NCBI GenBank assembly: GCA_001643675.2
Contig: LSRY02000016.1
Span: 1,488,001-1,552,000 of the forward strand
Origin: Monocercomonoides exilis PA203
Lineage: Eukaryota; Protista; Preaxostyla
Length of the DNA: 64,000 bases
Direction: 5' to 3'
Positions within the stretch are counted from its first letter, which is position 1, and the number at the start of each line of letters is the position of its first letter. The position numbers and the translations under genes are program-made. Of the stretch, positions 58,018 through 64,000 are shown piece by piece. The notes below the pieces were generated by a model that was not told the DNA's origin, ran no database searches, and worked only from the letters and a program-made list of their open reading frames with translations.

Positions 58018-60547
58018 TTATTTATGAATACTTCTTTTGAAATACATAGCTTGGTCAAGCATGTCGCGAATATCACTAAAATCAGTTCCTTGAAACGGGT
58101 CTGCATTGTCCTCAACATCCTCATCCCACTCCAGTTGGAATGAATTGACAATGTCATCAACTCCCTCCTCTTCCATTTGATCGACCAGAGAAGAAATTAT
58201 TGACAATTTCAGAGCATAAAATGAATAACCGTCACTTTTGAGCTTCTTCAGATAAAATGAATCAATGCTATGCACTTTGCCATTAAGGACGCTACAAATA
58301 GGCATATCTTTTCCAAGCTGCGCTTTTGCTTTAAAAGTTTCAAAATCAAAATCGGACTCTTCTTTCGCTTCTTCATTTTCATCTTTCTCTTCTTCATCCT
58401 CTTCTTCATCCTCTTTATCTTCTTTCATCACAGCTTCCAAAGCAAAGCGCAAAGCAATCAACGTAAACTGGAAAAGAGTTGACGAATATCTTTCTCCACT
58501 CGCAAACGATACCAAAACAGAAATGATGCTTTTAAGCGCTCCGATGGGGGTTAACTCGGGGAATTGCAAAAGCATCTCACGAAGAGACGAAGCAGGCTGA
58601 GTCAGTGCAATACTGCCAGATGAAAAAGAAGCAGATGTTTCATTGTGCTCATCATCATCTTCTTCTTCCTGTTTTTGCTTCTGCAATGGCAATGCTTCTG
58701 CAGCAGGACAAACCAGCCGCGCAACTGACAGCACGTTTTTTCTGCTGAATAATTCTCGACAGAGCTCCATGATTTCGACTCTCGATACCTGCAGAAAAAG
58801 AGACAGAGAAAACTGCTCCATATAAAAGGTATCTTTTTCAATGGATTTGTTGAGAGGGGAAAAGATCTGTGAAGAAGATGAATTTCCCATGAAAGTTTTG
58901 GTGAATCTCTGCTGTTTGAGCACTGCAACTCTTTCTGGGAATAAAAGGAGGCTTTTCAGATCTTCCGAGTTGTTCAACAAAAATGGTAAAAAGCTTTTTG
59001 TGTTGTAATAACATAACAACTGAAATGGATAAAAGAGCATCGTGACAGATTTTATTTCCTTTTCAATGTTGAATGAAGAGGGCATGTCTGCTTTATGCTC
59101 ACAATCCGCAAGGTTTGACTGCGAGGAATCTGGATTCTGTGCACAACAAGTGCTTGGTTGCAGCTCCTGCTTGAATTGATTGCCTGAGCTTTCCTCTTCC
59201 TCTGATGGTTGTTCTTTCGTGTGTAATGAAAATTCTTGCTCATTCAACTTCTGAGCCACTTGCTGCAAGATGGACTCCAGCCATTGTCTTGTAAAGGAAA
59301 AAAGTCTGAATGAAGGATGAGAGCTTCTGAAGTTCTCTGTTTCAAAAGCTTCCACTTGAGCAAATAAAGCAATCGTGACAGATGCAAAAAACGAAAAAGT
59401 GTCTTTGGAGAACTTTACAAAAAAAGGGAAAGAAGAAAATGTTTCAAAATATCAATTGCCAATATTGTTAAAGGAGAGAATTTAGAAAACATCATGCAAA
59501 AATAAATAAAATGAATTATCGCTCAAACAGTTGAAGGAATATCACTTGGCAAATGCTGTATAAACTCGTCCAACATCTCTTCTATTCCATTCAGCTTCAC
59601 AATGCGATGCTCAAACCGTCCTGTTCCATAGCACACATCTTTTGGAGGGAGCATTGTGTGGATGAATTGATTTTGTTTTATAGAAATAATATGTAACAAA
59701 ATAGTTACATACAAATAAAGAGGAAAAGAGCAAAGGCATTTATAAAATCAATTTGAAAAAATGTGATTTTTTTCATTTGGCAAGAAAGATGCCTTAAAGT
59801 TTAATTCAATCAAAGCGCACACCATATTGGCTTACAGTGTAATAATAAAGTGCAATTAGCATTCGATCTTTTCTTTCGGGCGTTATTAATCTCCATTTGC
59901 GAATTATTAATTTCAACACCGTTTCTTCAAATCCACATTCTGATCCCGCAACAAATGGAGCAAGTATTAATGCATTGTGCTGAAGTGCATTTGAGCCAAG
60001 TTTTTTGGCTACACATTCTTTTATTTCTGGTTTTCCAAATCTTTCGGTTTTATGCAAATTAGCATTTTCAAAATGACGGAGCAAAAGATTGATTAATGTC
60101 TTTGTCTCATCATTTTCATCAAAAATGACGAAATATGCTTTACTATCGATTAGAGTTTGCCTAAAGGCCAATTCAATTTCGAGTTCATAAAATGCTTCAA
60201 GCTCTTTCAATACTTTCGATACTGCAACATTTTCATATATTTTGGAAATTCGAACCAAGTTCTGTTTCAAAGCGTCATTTTTGAGAAAAGCATTTAATTC
60301 CATTGTTGAAGATTGTCGAACATTAAAAAGAGCTTTTCTCAAATTCTCTTCGTTAGTTTTGATACTTGGATATATAACTTTCGAGAGACATTCAATTGCA
60401 CGCTCCACTTAATATTTCAAAATCAATTAAACGCATCATCATTCAAAAAACATTTCATAAAGCTCTAATCTGCAAACTATGATATCCCTTTGGGCTTTCA
60501 AATGAGGGCACTTCTTCAGTGTCAATCCTATTTCCTGTGCAGTTCAT
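58018..60547 (-). CDS. Hypothetical helical protein, multi-exon
   Basis: ATG at 60547 (MNCTGNRIDTEEVPSF). ORFs 59806-60408, 59523-59714 and 58018-59355 are separated by AT-rich segments with GT/AG ends. No recognised domain; C-terminal QMEEEGVDDIV motif. Confidence 0.65.
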
Positions 60548-60731
60548 TTTTGAGTAATTTTCAAATTTCACACACAAAAAGTTTTATTTATGGTCGAGGA
60601 GTTTTTCAGGATTATTTGAATAAATATTTCTCTTTTTATTTATGAAAATTTAAAAGTCAATAAATAGAAATGAGCTGAAACAAAATTTCAGAGCACAATA
60701 TATTATTTTATTTTTCTTTGAGAAATTCAAA

Positions 60732-61297
60732 GGTACAATCCCAATTGGCGGACATAACCCATTATTAAATATGGAAAATTCAAATAAAAAATTAGAAATA
60801 TCCAAATTGAGCCAAACCTTCAACGATGAAGATAAAACCGTTGATTTTCTTGTGGAAAGGAATCTGGTAAAGAAGCAAATTTACAGCAGCAAATGCAAAA
60901 AGATGATTGGATTCAAAAAAGAAGCAGATGAAAGATTTCGCTACCGTTTCCAACACCAATCAGTCGGCATAAGGAAAAATACAGTTTTTGAAAAAATCCG
61001 AATAAAAATGCATCAATTTATGAAACTGTCACTGTTCTTTTGGATAAATATTATAGCAAAACAGGCAACTTTCTTTGAAATCTATCCAAAAACACGGTCT
61101 GCTACATTTATTCTCTTTTTAGGAGCGCCGTATCTCGGGAAATGCAGATTATGAAGAGAAGGATTGGTGGAGTCAACAGAATAGTTCAAATTGATGAGAT
61201 GCTTTTATTTCGCAGTAAATATAAAAAAGGAAGAAAAAAATCTCAGCAGTGGGTTTTCGAAGGTATTGACGTCCCTCAAACAGGAAAAGGAAAAAGC
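60732..61297 (+). mobile_element. Second Merlin (IS1595-like) transposase relic, 3'-truncated
   Basis: FNDEDKTVDFL..., SVGIRKNTVFE, then after a frameshift IGGVNRIVQIDE (IDE at 61190-61198), SKYKKGRK..QWVFEGID. Candidate left TIR GGTACAATCCCAATTGGCGGAC at 60732. Confidence 0.75.
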
Positions 61298-61979
61298 AAT
61301 ATGGGTGAAAATTTTTGAAAAAATCACTTTTTTTTGGCCTGATCTGTCCCACAAAAAATAAAAAAAAATGACGTTAATACGTAATTAAATATCGAAAAAT
61401 TCATTCGCTCATTTTTTTCCCTTCATCAACTTTTAATGTTTTTGTATTTTTTTATATCATAATGAAAACTGAATGTGTAACGCATTACTTGAAGTTTAAT
61501 TGTTTATTCATGTAACTTTGCTAAAACTCGCACAGTTTTTATTTCACCTTTTTTTCTTCTTCAATACAATGAGTTTTGCTTTCTTTTATGAAAAAAATAA
61601 CAACCCTTCCTAATGCATTCATGATATTCATATAAATTGATTAAGTGTTAACTTTATATCCGTTGGTTATGAAAATATTACTTTTTTCAGTTTTTCAAGT
61701 TTTCCGCATTTAATGAAATGAAAAGTTATCAACTTTTGTTATAAATAAACTTATTTTCTATTTTTACAAAATGAAAGTTAAGATCATTGTGAATAAAAGT
61801 GAGAACAAAACAAATTCATAATCGATAAGTCGAGTTCATTTTTATAATTGAAGTGATCAACAAAAAAGCAAAAGAAAATGAATTTGAGCATATTTTCTAA
61901 CTTCCATTATACATAAAACTGCAGGCCATATTGTTTATTCTAACTTTTTTCATCTTTTTCTATATATATTCCACATTCT

Positions 61980-63330
61980 TGTCAGCTTCGCCATTCCCCA
62001 GGCAGTGAAAAGAAGAGAATAATGTGGCAGGCGATGAGCAATCATTGTCGTTACGTACCGCATTTGTATGAGTTCATTTGGATGTCTCAGAATAGGCGGG
62101 TTCATACACGTCTGTAGCAGCGATTAGCTTCATTGAAATGTGGTGGTGGATTGTTGTGCCTGTTGCGGATGGGGGTGAATGCAAATCAAAAGAAGTCGTC
62201 ACAAAGGGAGACAAATTCACTGCGGGGATATGTTGTAGCGCAACGTGCAGTTATGAACAGGGGCGTTGCATGGGTACATGATGTGGAATTTTCAACAATG
62301 CTTTCAGCACTTCTGGATAACTCTGATCAGTCGCTCTTAGCTTCGTTGGCATAGTAATTTGTGATTAAACGGATCTTTTCATCACCGGACTAAATTCCGT
62401 ACCAGTCGACCAACAATTTGCTTGAATTTTCGTTGCCGATATTGATAATTATGCGGATTGTGATGCTATCTCCGCGCTTCTACCAAAGAAAAAGCTGAAA
62501 TGCTGGATGCCTGCTGCAGTTCCTCCTGGAGAAAGGAAAGGGGCATGGAAGGTGACTGTTGAACAGCGATCGCACATGCTTCTTGAGCAGATGTTAGATC
62601 GAAGAAATCGGGAAAATTCGAATTGGCTAATGACGTCTTCATGTGGATCTTGGACAGGCTCATCTTTGGCTTGTTTATTACCTTCTCCAGCGGAGTCAAT
62701 GGCGATAAAATGGCTGATAAGTACAATGTTTGAGCTGATATGGAAGATGACGTTCGAACAGTGTATGCTCTTCTGATGCGATTCACACCTTGGTCTTCTG
62801 TTCCAATGAAGCTGACGCTGATGATGATGAAGATGCTGTAGACTATCCGGGAGAAATGCGGAGACAAGATCATAGCAGATCTGGGTAGTGGTGACGGTTC
62901 CGCGGAAAGGGTCTGGAGACTATGTGCGCATATCGCGGGCGGTCAAGCAGGTGGAGCAGAAGAAAAGCGAATTAGTACGGTTTGTGATAATCGAAGATGT
63001 GCATAAATTTTTTTGAGGAAAATGAGATGCTGCCGTTTTGGTAGAAGGAGACGGAAATGAAGTGCATCAGAAGAAGACGGGTTATTGAAAAGACGGAGGA
63101 AAGGAGAGAAGGTCAATCGAATTGATGCTTGTGGTAGAATGTGGTATTGTTGCATTTGAACTCGGACATGCAAAGATAGACGATGGATGAGTTTGTAGCT
63201 GTTGTGTCTGTTGTTCCGCCGGAATGCGTGCCGTCGATAGCTCTGCGGGATGCAACATTTACGTTTTTGTCAGTGTGAAAGAAGAAAGGGATGATTGGGG
63301 TTATGAGTGTTTCGCATTGTGTGTTTGTGG
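61980..63330 (-). mobile_element. Probable decayed non-LTR retrotransposon RT (R2/R4/NeSL-like)
   Basis: GC-richer block with ordered relic motifs on the minus strand: IIPFF..NVASRRAI, NSSIVY, HLIFL../FD, SISAQTLYLSAILSPL, HEDVI (62643-62629; 3 substitutions from YADDI), EKIRLITNYY, LKIPHHVP. Many frameshifts. Confidence 0.4.
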
Positions 63331-63779
63331 GCAGGTTAGATTTATTAAAGGAATCATCTGCGTTCCGGTGGACGTCGTATCTCCTGCAAGTTGGCATCGA
63401 AATGACATAGAAAATTACCTCCTTCAATACCCCACTTGCATTTCTGCTTTGCTCACACTCGCTCCCTCGTCTTATTCTGCACCTTCGGCATCTGCTTGGC
63501 TTCTGGCTTTTTCGAGTGGAATGCACCTCTCGGCATCGATGCGCCAACCAACAACTGCAATGAAAAAGCTCCTTCTCATTCATCATCTGCTTCTGGGAAT
63601 TCTGTGAATTTATCTATTTCTTTCCTTCTTCCCATACCCATTTAGTGGTTTGTGATTGTTCTTTCAATTCCATAAAATGCACTCAGCAAATGAAAAAGTT
63701 ATCTCTTGTGTTGACAATAGCGAAAATTATTAAGTTGTGGATACAAGTTTTGCATTATTTTTGTTTACCATTTGCAACA

Positions 63780-64000
63780 ACCCATTCTGAACATTGATCA
63801 GCTCTGTAGTGAATGCTGTTTCTGTTGAGTGTAACTTTCAGCAGATATGTTCAGATTGCTTATTTTCATCTCTCCAGCTCCAGTAATTTCGAATATCTTT
63901 GAGTCGCAATTATTTGTATGTGCCGAGTCATGCACAAAGGGAAGATCTCTAACAGATAATGTGCCTGCCGTGACTGAAAATAGAGACAAACCTGATTCAT
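63780..64000 (-). pseudogene. Truncated fragment of the large surface-protein family (runs off the window end)
   Basis: LFSVTAGTLSVRDLPFVHDSAHTNNCDSKIFEITGAGEMKISNLNIS aligns with LFSVSTGSLTARDFVLVHDSVHPNNRGSRPFEITGAGEMHISGVNLS of 265-810, then frameshifts or stops. Confidence 0.65.

Overview
AT-rich eukaryotic genomic DNA with short GT-AG spliceosomal introns and the standard genetic code. The gene families strongly resemble those I recall from the amitochondriate oxymonad Monocercomonoides; this is an inference, as no search was run. Intact genes: a lineage-specific helical protein (2696-4112); two giant intronless type-I membrane proteins with Cys/GG-rich beta-helix-like ectodomains (7126-13668; 41199-49046, the latter with a pseudokinase tail); a bacterial-type GH144 endo-beta-1,2-glucanase with a membrane anchor (19114-20607); a 10-exon UvrD/Srs2-like helicase (20963-30660); a C2H2 zinc-finger ORF and a PHD + degenerate SET gene that can be spliced into one frame (31499-35352); a CFAP52-like WD40 gene; an AK7-like gene; and an unknown multi-exon gene. 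Decayed mobile DNA: two Merlin/IS1595-type transposases; a 3.0-kb TIR element with a 10-bp TSD (Mutator-like) that splits one Merlin and carries an intron-containing host-gene copy (Pack-MULE-like); a foldback-like inverted-repeat element; and a probable non-LTR RT relic. Most notable: (1) the predicted ZF-array-PHD-pseudoSET protein, (2) the nested Pack-MULE-like element, (3) the membrane-anchored GH144.
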